64,000 nucleotides of DNA from an uncultured Candidatus Saccharibacteria bacterium (GTDB taxonomy: Bacteria; Patescibacteriota; Minisyncoccia; Phycocordibacterales; Zambryskibacteraceae), in assembly GCA_964504255.1 (NCBI GenBank), contig CAZDDU010000001.1, positions 33,843 through 97,842 of the forward strand, read 5' to 3'. The stretch's first letter is position 1; each line of letters starts with the position of its first letter. A model generated the notes under the pieces. That model saw nothing but the letters and a program-made list of their open reading frames with translations, searched no databases and was not told the origin of the DNA. Positions 56,832 to 64,000 of the stretch are shown here, piece after piece. A program made the translations under genes and the position numbers.

Positions 56832-57404
56832 ATGGGGAAATCAATTTCACACTTATTTGGGAGTGAAGCGAAGGTCAAGATCATGCGTCTCTTTGTCTTC
56901 AACAAAGGATCAATATTTACTGCGAAGACTATTAGCGAGAGAGTGCAGGCAAGTGCCAAGGTGGTGAGGAAGGAGCTCACTAGTCTTATCAAGGCTGGTC
57001 TTGTATATAAGAGAGCAAGGGGTTATGTCCTTAATGCTGAGTATGACTATCTTAAGGCGGTAGAACGATTCTTGATCGAGGCCACACCAATCTCGGAGAA
57101 GGAGATCATAAGGAAGCTCTCTAAGGCGGGTAGTATGCGACTCATCCTTACTTCCGGCGTCTTCAAGCAGGACTCTGAGGCTAGAGTAGATCTACTTGTG
57201 GTGGGGGATAAGATCAAGGAGAGCACTCTTCTTCGCGCTATTAGCTCTCTTGAGGCAGATTTGGGCAAGGAGCTCCGCTTTGCGGCCTTTGAGACTCCTG
57301 ATTTCAAGTACCGCCTAGGTATATATGACAAACTTGTTCGCGACATCTTAGACTATCCACACAGGAAATTGGTCGATAAGGTCGGTCTCCAACCTAAGGT
57401 ATAA
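56832..57404 (+). CDS. winged-helix domain protein, function unknown
   Basis: TISERVQASAKVVRKELTSLIKAGLV wHTH-like N-terminus; start at Met40 of track ORF. Confidence 0.5.
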   Translation: MGKSISHLFGSEAKVKIMRLFVFNKGSIFTAKTISERVQASAKVVRKELTSLIKAGLVYKRARGYVLNAEYDYLKAVERFLIEATPISEKEIIRKLSKAGSMRLILTSGVFKQDSEARVDLLVVGDKIKESTLLRAISSLEADLGKELRFAAFETPDFKYRLGIYDKLVRDILDYPHRKLVDKVGLQPKV

Positions 57405-57455
57405 TATTTAGAAGCCCGCAAGGGCATTACTAGATAAACTGTACAGTAAGGATTT

Positions 57456-58148
57456 ATGTATATCAGCAACTGGGGAAACGTGCTTACGCTCTCGTTCCAG
57501 AATCTCTGGATGGGTATCGTTAGTTTCGTCCCGAACCTTGTCGTCGCGCTTATCATCGTCATTCTCGGATGGCTCGTTGGCGCATTGCTCGGCCGGGCAA
57601 TTTGGCAAGTGTTCCGCTCTTTGAAGGTTGACGAAGCACTTCGTCGCGCAGGATTCGAAGGATTCCTCCGCCGTGGTGGTGTTGATCTTGACTCGGGCGC
57701 GTTTATTGGCGGTCTTGTAAAGTGGTTTGTAGTAGTTGTTTTCTTGGTAGCGGCCTTCGACGTTCTCGGCCTTACTCAGGTTAACCTCTTCCTACAGCAG
57801 GTTGTTATAGCTTACCTTCCTCGCGTTATCGTAGCCGCTTTGGTCATCCTCGTTGGAGGTGTCATCGGCGACGTAGTCGAGAGAGTTGTAGTTACAGCAG
57901 CTCGTACTGCAGAGATTCGCTCAGCACACTTCGCTGGAGCAGTGTCTAAGTGGGCGGTTTGGGTCTTCGCTATATTGGTAGCGCTTTCTCAACTCGGCAT
58001 CGCAACGGCTTTCAGCCAGACACTCTTCACCGGTATCGTTATCGCTATCTCACTAGCACTTGGTCTCTCCTTTGGTCTTGGTGGCCAGGAGGCAGCAGCT
58101 CGATTCATCGAGAGGCTCCGAGGCGACATGGGTGGCAAGCACAACTAA
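57456..58148 (+). CDS. membrane protein with duplicated conserved-TM-helix repeats (MscS-N-terminal-like)
   Basis: Two repeats of amphipathic-helix + TM segments; elevated GC (about 54%). Confidence 0.5.
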   Translation: MYISNWGNVLTLSFQNLWMGIVSFVPNLVVALIIVILGWLVGALLGRAIWQVFRSLKVDEALRRAGFEGFLRRGGVDLDSGAFIGGLVKWFVVVVFLVAAFDVLGLTQVNLFLQQVVIAYLPRVIVAALVILVGGVIGDVVERVVVTAARTAEIRSAHFAGAVSKWAVWVFAILVALSQLGIATAFSQTLFTGIVIAISLALGLSFGLGGQEAAARFIERLRGDMGGKHN

Positions 58149-58184
58149 TCAGGGTATTTCGCTAGATAATACCTAGATAACAAA

Positions 58185-58209
58185 AAGAGGCTCTAAACAG
58201 CCTCTTTTT
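58185..58209 (+). terminator. intrinsic terminator
   Basis: AAGAGGCTctaaacAGCCTCTT followed by TTTTG. Confidence 0.7.
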
Positions 58210-58225
58210 GCTACTTATAAATTGC

Positions 58226-58254
58226 TTGACAAGTAGGGCGAAGTATGCTAAGGT
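58226..58254 (+). promoter_or_regulatory. sigma70-like promoter of GC-rich cassette gene A
   Basis: TTGACA - 17 nt - TAAGGT; AGGAGG SD 7 nt before the ATG at 58316. Confidence 0.5.
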
Positions 58255-58315
58255 TAATACAGTAGTTTCCCGTTCCTTCAGCAGCAAAGGCACCCAACTT
58301 CTAGGAGGCAGTCGT

Positions 58316-58951
58316 ATGACCAAGCCCGCCAAGCAGTCGAAGCCCCAGTCCACGCGCTTCTCGCTCGACCACGATGGGCTCACCGAGTTCCTCGTAGCGT
58401 TCCAGATCATCTGGGCCGCGGTGCGGGCGCTCTACAAGGGTCCCCACGGCGAGAACGACCAGACGCGGAACTTCGTCCGACGCATGGAGCAGATGGTCCG
58501 GCACGCCAGCCCTCTCCTCGAGGACGGCGAGACCGACCACAACTCCTACGAGAAGACGATCAAGCTCGGCGCGGCGCTCATGCGCCAGATCGAGGAGTAC
58601 ATCGACGACATCCTCGATTCCGACCGCGCGAGGGAGTTCTTCGACCGCGCTTCGAGCGAGATCCAGGAGATCTGGCCCGAGGTCTGGGCGGCGAAGAAGA
58701 ACGAGATCCTCGAGAGCCGTGCCCGCTTCCAGCAGGCGAACGCCTCGGAGACCGCGGAGGACCTCAAGAAGATCGTCCTCGCATACAACGCGACGACCGA
58801 GCTCCTTGCCAGGGCCAAGGCCGAGGCCGAGAACAAGGCGTCTGCCGAAGCCAACCGTCTCCGTCAGGCGAAGGAGGCTCAGGAGAAGCTCGCCCGGTTC
58901 GAGAAGAACCGCACGCGCGGCCGCTCTGTCCTGGCCCAGCTCTCGGCCTGA
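58316..58951 (+). CDS. hypothetical protein A, very GC-rich (about 65%), coiled-coil C-half; C-terminal tail RTRGRSVLAQLSA
   Basis: Diverse amino-acid composition on + strand versus L/R/G-rich antisense ORF; SD AGGAGG. Confidence 0.6.
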   Translation: MTKPAKQSKPQSTRFSLDHDGLTEFLVAFQIIWAAVRALYKGPHGENDQTRNFVRRMEQMVRHASPLLEDGETDHNSYEKTIKLGAALMRQIEEYIDDILDSDRAREFFDRASSEIQEIWPEVWAAKKNEILESRARFQQANASETAEDLKKIVLAYNATTELLARAKAEAENKASAEANRLRQAKEAQEKLARFEKNRTRGRSVLAQLSA

Positions 58952-58992
58952 ACTGCACAACGCACGCTAACGCGTGCCCGCCCCACGAAAGT

Positions 58993-59019
58993 CCCCACGG
59001 ACAATCGTGGGGCTTTCTT
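58993..59019 (+). terminator. intrinsic terminator after gene A
   Basis: CCCCACGgacaatCGTGGGG followed by CTTTCTT; second hairpin GCACGCtaaGCGTGC just upstream. Confidence 0.6.
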
Positions 59020-59028
59020 ATTCATACA

Positions 59029-59057
59029 TTGACATTACTGCTATATTGTGATAATAT
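59029..59057 (+). promoter_or_regulatory. consensus sigma70 promoter of GC-rich cassette gene B
   Basis: TTGACA - 17 nt - TAATAT. Confidence 0.6.
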
Positions 59058-59118
59058 TAAATTAGATAAGCATTGTCTTAGCTGTACTTGAACAACTTAC
59101 CCTATTCCGGAGTTCTTG

Positions 59119-59700
59119 ATGAACCAGAAGAAGGCTGTTTCCGAACGAGCCCTGGGCTCTGTCCCGGTGGTCATGTTCTTCCTCAACGTGAACGGCGAGC
59201 ACCTCGTCCCCGACTCGGCGACGAAGGTTCCCGACAACCAGACGGCAGGGAAGTCACACACCGGTAAGCCCGGTATCATGCTCTGCCAAGGCAAGTCGGT
59301 GGATCTCGAGGGAGCACTCAAGGAGATCGAGCTCCGAGGGTACCTCCCCAAGAAGTTCACCTCCATCCATCGGTTCCAAGGAATCATGCATCGCATGGTG
59401 CTCGTCTGCGTTCACAAGGACGCGCCCGACAACGGCGAGGCGGCGAGCTTCACCGCCGAGCAGAGGGAGGATTTCCTCAAGCTGCTTCAGGGCTACAACT
59501 GGGACACCACCGTCTACCGGAATTTCTCCGAGACGGGAGGTAACTTCATCCTCATGGCCGGCAACCCCGATCGCCGGGAGGAGAAGGAGATCCTTCGGGT
59601 GAACGACGCGAACGAGTTCGAGATGGTGGATGCGGAGAAGGTCAAGACCGACCAGTCTCGGACGCGTGGTCGGGAAGCCCTCTCGCAGATCAGCGCGTAG
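59119..59700 (+). CDS. hypothetical protein B, GC-rich; C-terminal tail RTRGREALSQISA
   Basis: 193 aa; GGAG SD; shares a 12-aa C-terminal motif with gene A. Confidence 0.6.
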   Translation: MNQKKAVSERALGSVPVVMFFLNVNGEHLVPDSATKVPDNQTAGKSHTGKPGIMLCQGKSVDLEGALKEIELRGYLPKKFTSIHRFQGIMHRMVLVCVHKDAPDNGEAASFTAEQREDFLKLLQGYNWDTTVYRNFSETGGNFILMAGNPDRREEKEILRVNDANEFEMVDAEKVKTDQSRTRGREALSQISA

Positions 59701-59729
59701 GATCAGTTGGTGAGCCCTTCCTCGGGCTA

Positions 59730-59754
59730 GGCCGTCACATTGTGACGGCCTTTT
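59730..59754 (+). terminator. intrinsic terminator after gene B
   Basis: GGCCGTCACattGTGACGGCC followed by TTTTAC. Confidence 0.7.
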
Positions 59755-59776
59755 ACTTATCTATTGTTGCCCTCGT

Positions 59777-59805
59777 TTGACAATAGAGCCCCATTTCTAT
59801 ACTAT
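59777..59805 (+). promoter_or_regulatory. sigma70-like promoter upstream of rpsS
   Basis: TTGACA - 17 nt - TACTAT. Confidence 0.5.
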
Positions 59806-59864
59806 ATTTGCCTACGTCCCGCATGCGGGATTAAGTTTTAAATAGTTCGAATACCTAACTTAAA

Positions 59865-60209
59865 GTGACCAGATCAAGCAAAAAAGGACCATATGTAGAC
59901 CCTCGCGTGATGAAGAAGATCGAGGGCAAGAAGCCAGGCGAAACCGGGGTTATTAAGACCTGGTCTCGCGCATGCCAAATCGCTCCAGAGATGATCGGAT
60001 TCACCTTCGGAGTGCACAACGGTCGCGACCATGTCGAGGTCTTCGTCACAGAGGACATGATCGGTCACAGACTAGGTGAGTTCTCACTCACTCGTAAGTT
60101 CGTGAAGCACGGTGGTAAGATGCAGAAGGATATTGAGTCTAAGGCTAAGGAGGCCGAGATCAACGCAGCTAAGGCAGCTAAGGCTTCTACCGACACTAAG
60201 AAGAAATAA
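59865..60209 (+). CDS. rpsS: 30S ribosomal protein S19 (GTG start, Lys/Ala-rich C-terminal extension)
   Basis: [15 protein letters not shown]...GHRLGEF. Confidence 0.9.
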   Translation: MTRSSKKGPYVDPRVMKKIEGKKPGETGVIKTWSRACQIAPEMIGFTFGVHNGRDHVEVFVTEDMIGHRLGEFSLTRKFVKHGGKMQKDIESKAKEAEINAAKAAKASTDTKKK

Positions 60210-60213
60210 TTTT

Positions 60214-60591
60214 ATGAACGAGGCTAAAGCAACACTAAAGAATTATCGTCAGTCACCAAGGAAGGTCCGTGTTGTGGCAGATCTCGTAAGAGGCAGGAGA
60301 GTAGATGATGCACTCGTTACTTTGATGTACACCACTAAGAGAGCGACAAATCCATTGAGCAAACTTCTTTCGTCAGCAATTGCAAACGCAAAGAATCTTT
60401 CTATACCTACGGAAAACTTAGTGGTGAAGGAGATCAGTGTCGATGGGGGAGCTATTCTATACAGAAGACTACCAAAGAGTCGTGGTCAGGCCACCCCAAT
60501 AAGGAAGCGCACCAGCCATGTTACTATCACTCTAGGAGAAGGTAAGCCAAAGAAGGTTAAGATTGCCAAGGCTAAAGTAGCTAAGAAATAA
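60214..60591 (+). CDS. rplV: 50S ribosomal protein L22
   Basis: MNEAKATLKNYRQSPRKVRVVADLVRGRRVDDAL; start at internal Met of track ORF. Confidence 0.9.
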   Translation: MNEAKATLKNYRQSPRKVRVVADLVRGRRVDDALVTLMYTTKRATNPLSKLLSSAIANAKNLSIPTENLVVKEISVDGGAILYRRLPKSRGQATPIRKRTSHVTITLGEGKPKKVKIAKAKVAKK

Positions 60592-60592
60592 T

Positions 60593-61264
60593 ATGTCACA
60601 CACAGTACACCCATATTCACATAGACTAGGGATCCTCAGAGACTGGAAGAGTCGCTGGTTTTCTCCTAAGGGCAAGTTCAAGGAGTACTTGGAGGCCGAT
60701 GTTGTTATCCGCCGCTACCTAGAGAAGAAACTCAAGGGTTTCTTCATCGCAGACATAGAGATAGAGAGAAGTCAGAAGGCTCTCCGCATCGTCCTCTCTA
60801 CCTCACGCCCAGGCATGATCATTGGTCGTGCTGGCGACGGCTCACAGAAGCTACTTGCCGATGTGAAGAAGTTGCTCGAGAAGAAGAAGCTCTTGCCTGC
60901 TAAGGTCGAGCTTAAGCTTGATGTGAAGGAGGTAAAAAGTCCTGAGTCTAACGCGGCCATTGTCGCTGAGATGGTAGTTGACGGTCTAGAGAAGCGCATG
61001 CCATTCCGTCGCGTCATGAAGAGTATGCTCGAGAAGGTGATGGCTAACCGTGATGTGCAAGGAGTAAGAATCTTCCTCGCAGGACGTTTGGGCGGAGCTA
61101 CTATGAGTAGAACAGAGGACAGGAAGCTCGGACGTATTCCACTTCAGACCTTCAGAGCAGATGTAGACTACTCTTGCACCAAGGCAGTCATGCCATACGG
61201 CGCTATCGGAGTGAAGGTCTGGATCTATCGTGGAGAGATCTTTGATAAGGACGCGCAGAAATAA
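60593..61264 (+). CDS. rpsC: 30S ribosomal protein S3
   Basis: KH domain, GRAGDGSQKLL; 223 aa. Confidence 0.95.
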   Translation: MSHTVHPYSHRLGILRDWKSRWFSPKGKFKEYLEADVVIRRYLEKKLKGFFIADIEIERSQKALRIVLSTSRPGMIIGRAGDGSQKLLADVKKLLEKKKLLPAKVELKLDVKEVKSPESNAAIVAEMVVDGLEKRMPFRRVMKSMLEKVMANRDVQGVRIFLAGRLGGATMSRTEDRKLGRIPLQTFRADVDYSCTKAVMPYGAIGVKVWIYRGEIFDKDAQK

Positions 61265-61275
61265 TTTTTACTATC

Positions 61276-61698
61276 ATGCTTTTCCCTAAGAAAGTTAAAT
61301 ACCGAAAGTGGCACACCATGAGGAAGAACCCTCTAAAGGTGGGCCCAGCTACCCGCGGTATTACCGTTGCTTTCGGTTCATACGGTCTTAAGGCTATGGA
61401 TCAAGTTCGTATCAAGTCGAATCAAATCGAAGCCGCAAGAAAGGTGCTCTCAAGAGCGCTTGGTAAGACTGGTAGACTTTGGATTCGCATTTTCCCTGAT
61501 ATGCCTTATACTGCGAAGCCTGCAGAGGTTAAGCTAGGTAAGGGTAAGGGAGACCTACAGGGTTATGTGGCTCCAGTTAGAGCGGGCCGAATGCTTTTTG
61601 AGGTAGATGGAGTGTCTGAGGCTATTGCCAAGGAGGCTCTAAGGAAGGCGGGTACCAAGCTCCCTGTGAAGACTAAGATCGTCGCTCGCGAACAATAA
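61276..61698 (+). CDS. rplP: 50S ribosomal protein L16
   Basis: MLFPKKVKYRKWHTMR... Confidence 0.95.
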   Translation: MLFPKKVKYRKWHTMRKNPLKVGPATRGITVAFGSYGLKAMDQVRIKSNQIEAARKVLSRALGKTGRLWIRIFPDMPYTAKPAEVKLGKGKGDLQGYVAPVRAGRMLFEVDGVSEAIAKEALRKAGTKLPVKTKIVAREQ

Positions 61699-61699
61699 T

Positions 61700-61942
61700 A
61701 TGAATACAAAGACAAACAAGAAAAAGGTTTTCACCGGTACAGTCGTCTCAACAAAGATGAAGGACACTGTCGTTGTGCTTGTCGAGAGATATGAGAAGCA
61801 TCCAAAGTACGAGAAGTTTATGAAGTCTTCAAAGAAGTTCAAGGCTCATGATGCGGGTAACACTGCCAAGGTAGGGGATAAGGTGTCTATCACTGAGACC
61901 AAGCCAATTTCTAAGGATAAGCATTTCATTTTAACCAAGTAA
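61700..61942 (+). CDS. rpsQ: 30S ribosomal protein S17 (directly after L16; no L29 gene between)
   Basis: FTGTVVSTKMKDTVVVLVER...HDAGNTAKVGDKVSITETKPISKDKHF. Confidence 0.9.
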   Translation: MNTKTNKKKVFTGTVVSTKMKDTVVVLVERYEKHPKYEKFMKSSKKFKAHDAGNTAKVGDKVSITETKPISKDKHFILTK

Positions 61943-61943
61943 T

Positions 61944-62315
61944 ATGATACAGCCACGCTCAATCGTAGAGATCGCAGACAACTCCGGTGCAAAGATCGGC
62001 AGAATCTTCAAAGTGCTCGGATCTTCGAAGAAGCGCTACGCTCGTATCGGCGACATCGTCGTCCTCTCAGTGCAGAAGGCAGAGCCAAGGAAGCAGGTGA
62101 AGAAGAAGGACGTCCTTTACGCAGTAGTAGTACGCAGTCGTGCACCTATGAAGCGTGCCGACGGTTCGTACGTCCGCTTCGATGAGAATGCAGTCGTCAT
62201 CCTAGACAACTCCAAGGAAGAGCCAATGGCAGGACGTGTCTTCGGACCAATACCTCGCGAGCTAGGCGAGAGAGGTTTCCAGAAGATTATTTCTCTAGCA
62301 CCTGAGGTCGTTTAA
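61944..62315 (+). CDS. rplN: 50S ribosomal protein L14
   Basis: MIQPRSIVEIADNSGAK. Confidence 0.95.
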   Translation: MIQPRSIVEIADNSGAKIGRIFKVLGSSKKRYARIGDIVVLSVQKAEPRKQVKKKDVLYAVVVRSRAPMKRADGSYVRFDENAVVILDNSKEEPMAGRVFGPIPRELGERGFQKIISLAPEVV

Positions 62316-62325
62316 TAATACCGCC

Positions 62326-62541
62326 ATGCATATCAAGAAGAATGACAATGTAATAGTTCTCACAGGCAAGGACAAGGGCAAGACCGGCAAGGTCCTTCGT
62401 GCTTTCCCTAAGTTAAACCGAGTACTTATCGAGGGTGTGAATGTGAAGAAGGTGCACCAGAAGAAGACCAAGAAGGATGGTAAGGGTCAGATCATCGAGA
62501 AGTCCTTCCCAGTAGATGCATCTAACGTCAAAGTAAAATAA
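62326..62541 (+). CDS. rplX: 50S ribosomal protein L24
   Basis: MHIKKNDNVIVLTGKDKGKTGKV KOW motif. Confidence 0.9.
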   Translation: MHIKKNDNVIVLTGKDKGKTGKVLRAFPKLNRVLIEGVNVKKVHQKKTKKDGKGQIIEKSFPVDASNVKVK

Positions 62542-62568
62542 TTTTAGTTCGATAAACTCACTACAAGT

Positions 62569-63117
62569 ATGGAAACTCTAAAGACAAAGGTAGCAAAGGC
62601 ATTCAAGGAGATGAAGTCACATGGCTACAAGAATGCTATGCAGTCACCAAAGATCGAGAAGGTGATTGTTAATGTCGGTGTCGGCTCAATGAAGGATAAG
62701 AACAAGATCAAGGTTGTTGAGGACCGCTTGATGAAGATCACTGGCCAGAAGGCCTCACCAAGAGGAGCTAAGGTAGCTATTGCTAACTTCAAGAGTCGTC
62801 AGGGTGACATCGTTGGTTACCAAGTAACTCTAAGAGGTGCACGCATGTACGACTTCCTCGAGCGACTTCTACACATCGCTCTTCCTCGTACCAAGGACTT
62901 CAGGGGTATCTCGAAGACCTCAGCTGACGAGATGGGTAACTACACCCTAGGTATCAAGGAGCACACCATCTTCCCCGAGACAGCAGACGAAGAGCTCAAG
63001 GATGTCTTCGGTCTCTCAGTAACTGTCGTCACCTCAGCCAAGAGCAAGAGCGAGGTCCAAGACTTCCTCGAATACCTCGGCTTCCCATTTAAGAAGGTAG
63101 AAGAAAAGAAGAAATAG
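62569..63117 (+). CDS. rplE: 50S ribosomal protein L5
   Basis: 182 aa; L5 core motifs. Confidence 0.95.
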   Translation: METLKTKVAKAFKEMKSHGYKNAMQSPKIEKVIVNVGVGSMKDKNKIKVVEDRLMKITGQKASPRGAKVAIANFKSRQGDIVGYQVTLRGARMYDFLERLLHIALPRTKDFRGISKTSADEMGNYTLGIKEHTIFPETADEELKDVFGLSVTVVTSAKSKSEVQDFLEYLGFPFKKVEEKKK

Positions 63118-63139
63118 TTCACAGAAAATAATTTTGACT

Positions 63140-63166
63140 TAATAGCGCGAAGGCGCTATTTTGTTT
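63140..63166 (+). terminator. intrinsic terminator after rplE
   Basis: AATAGCGCgaagGCGCTATT followed by TTGTTTG. Confidence 0.7.
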
Positions 63167-63191
63167 GAAGACCCACATCTCAGGAGACGCT

Positions 63192-63377
63192 ATGAGCGAG
63201 AAGAAGAAGCCACCAGTACCGCTGAACGAGATCGTGCTCACGCCAGAAGAGCGACAATTCCTCACGCCCGAGTTTGTCGAAGAGACGACTATGGGCGCTA
63301 TCAGGTATGTTGAGGAGAGGCTCTCCGTCACAGAGTCACCAGAGTTCAGTGCGTCGAGAACCAAGCCAGCAAAGTAA
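63192..63377 (+). CDS. small hypothetical protein (61 aa) with SD
   Basis: CAGGAGAcgctATG; followed by hairpin GCCAGCaaagtaaGCTGGC + TTTTT at 63365-63388. Confidence 0.45.
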   Translation: MSEKKKPPVPLNEIVLTPEERQFLTPEFVEETTMGAIRYVEERLSVTESPEFSASRTKPAK

Positions 63378-63415
63378 GCTGGCTTTTTCATATAAAACGA
63401 CATAAATTTGAGTAC

Positions 63416-63443
63416 TTGACAATAGTTGTGAAGTGTGTATAAT
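63416..63443 (+). promoter_or_regulatory. perfect-consensus sigma70 promoter
   Basis: TTGACA - 16 nt - TATAAT. Confidence 0.65.
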
Positions 63444-63447
63444 ATAA

Positions 63448-63873
63448 ATGTACGGTGAGAGTCTGGCAGAAGCCGGGCACTGCCGTATGAAGTACAAGAT
63501 TCATTTCCTTACACCGGTGACGGAATGGTTCTGCTCTCGAGACAGAGTGCGAATGGTTCCCGATGGCGATGAAGCCGGTATCTCCCTGCAGTCGCGTATG
63601 CTCGGAAGAGGCGCGATCAAGTTAATTTGGTAAAGTGGTAACCTGATCTTCGCTGCCCTACGGCCGCGCGAACTACCGAGAGAGGCGGTTTCCTCTCCAG
63701 GTTATCTCGTAGGGATAGAAAGTCGGGGCGTTCTAGACGCCTAAAGGAGATCCGAGTGATGTCTCGCAATACTCACTCCCTCTGTAAGTCCGACAACTAC
63801 TCTCTGCGATTCTCGCACAATGTGGCCTCGGCCACTCACAATACAGCGCTCACCTTCGGGTAGAGCGCTTTTT
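63448..63873 (+). ncRNA. candidate about 430-nt structured transcript of unknown identity; contains only a 61-codon leaderless ORF (63448-63633)
   Basis: Consensus promoter ends 5 nt before 63448; GC-rich, hairpin-dense; ends in intrinsic terminator AGCGCTCaccttcgggtaGAGCGCT + TTTTC (63845-63873); expected rpsN/rpsH/rplF genes are absent here. Confidence 0.35.
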
Positions 63874-63881
63874 CAATTTAT

Positions 63882-63905
63882 AAAAAACCCACGCACGCGC
63901 GTGGG
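63882..63905 (-). terminator. intrinsic terminator of the convergent minus-strand gene
   Basis: Minus strand reads AGCCCCACGCgcgtGCGTGGG followed by UUUUUUA. Confidence 0.65.
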
Positions 63906-63907
63906 GC

Positions 63908-64000
63908 TAATAGATACTCGTCACATTACAACGACTCTGAAGATCCTCTGGGGTGACGTGCCTGCTTGCGGCAATCTCATCTTGGATCTGTCGTATGCCA
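63908..64000 (-). CDS. 3' end of an unidentified minus-strand gene that enters from beyond the window
   Basis: Open frame ...GIRQIQDEIAASRHVTPEDLQSRCNVTSIY*; stop codon at 63908-63910. Confidence 0.4.

Noticed and set aside
58301-58960. 219-aa minus-strand ORF (and further ORFs at 58546.., 58719.., 58764..) across GC-rich gene A
   Set aside because: Antisense or alternative-frame artefacts of the high-GC region (poly-L/R/G/P composition). Only the plus-strand frame at 58316 has an SD and normal composition.

Overview
This 64-kb window reads as a low-GC (about 45%) chromosomal segment from a small-genome bacterium, with a gene repertoire that looks like Patescibacteria/CPR (for example Saccharibacteria). 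I could not run any searches, so all calls are from reading the ORF track and the raw sequence. TGA is used as a stop, so the standard genetic code applies.

Main contents:
- Housekeeping genes: rsmA, uvrD/pcrA, a LysM-M23 peptidase, comM, rpsO, xerC/D, nusA, ppa, tig, clpP, rny, hup, cca, xth, tpiA, pgk, recJ, rnhA and rpmB.
- A cluster of six tRNAs (Arg-TCG and Gly-GCC on the minus strand; Pro-CGG, Pro-GGG, Pro-TGG and Gly-TCC on the plus strand).
- A type IV pilus block (pilB, pilC and three prepilin-like genes) preceded by a tail-fibre-like giant surface protein, plus other DNA-uptake genes (a ComEC encoded in two pieces, a lamin-tail-domain protein, comM).
- Ribosomal-protein operons from 44.0 to 63.1 kb whose canonical order is broken. 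Extra genes sit between rpsG and fusA. A 2.3-kb GC-rich island sits between fusA and tuf. A 5.5-kb insertion between rplB and rpsS carries rplJ-rplL and a second GC-rich island. There is no rpmC between rplP and rpsQ, and the cluster stops after rplE.

Most unusual observations:
- GC-rich (55-65%) single-gene cassettes, each sitting under a near-perfect TTGACA-N17-TATAAT promoter and followed by a strong intrinsic terminator. Two neighbouring cassette proteins share a conserved 12-residue C-terminal tail (RTRGRxxLxQxSA).
- A recurrent 20-25 nt element, TAGTTCGACAAGCTCACTAYAARTAA, lying between a stop codon and the next start codon at eight or more gene junctions.
- Three identical terminator hairpins bracketing small inserted ORFs.
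- A 28-bp direct repeat trailing each minus-strand tRNA, and an att-like 15-nt duplication of the tRNA-Gly 3' end.
- Two ORF-less transcribed segments (about 300 and about 430 nt) that could be ncRNAs.
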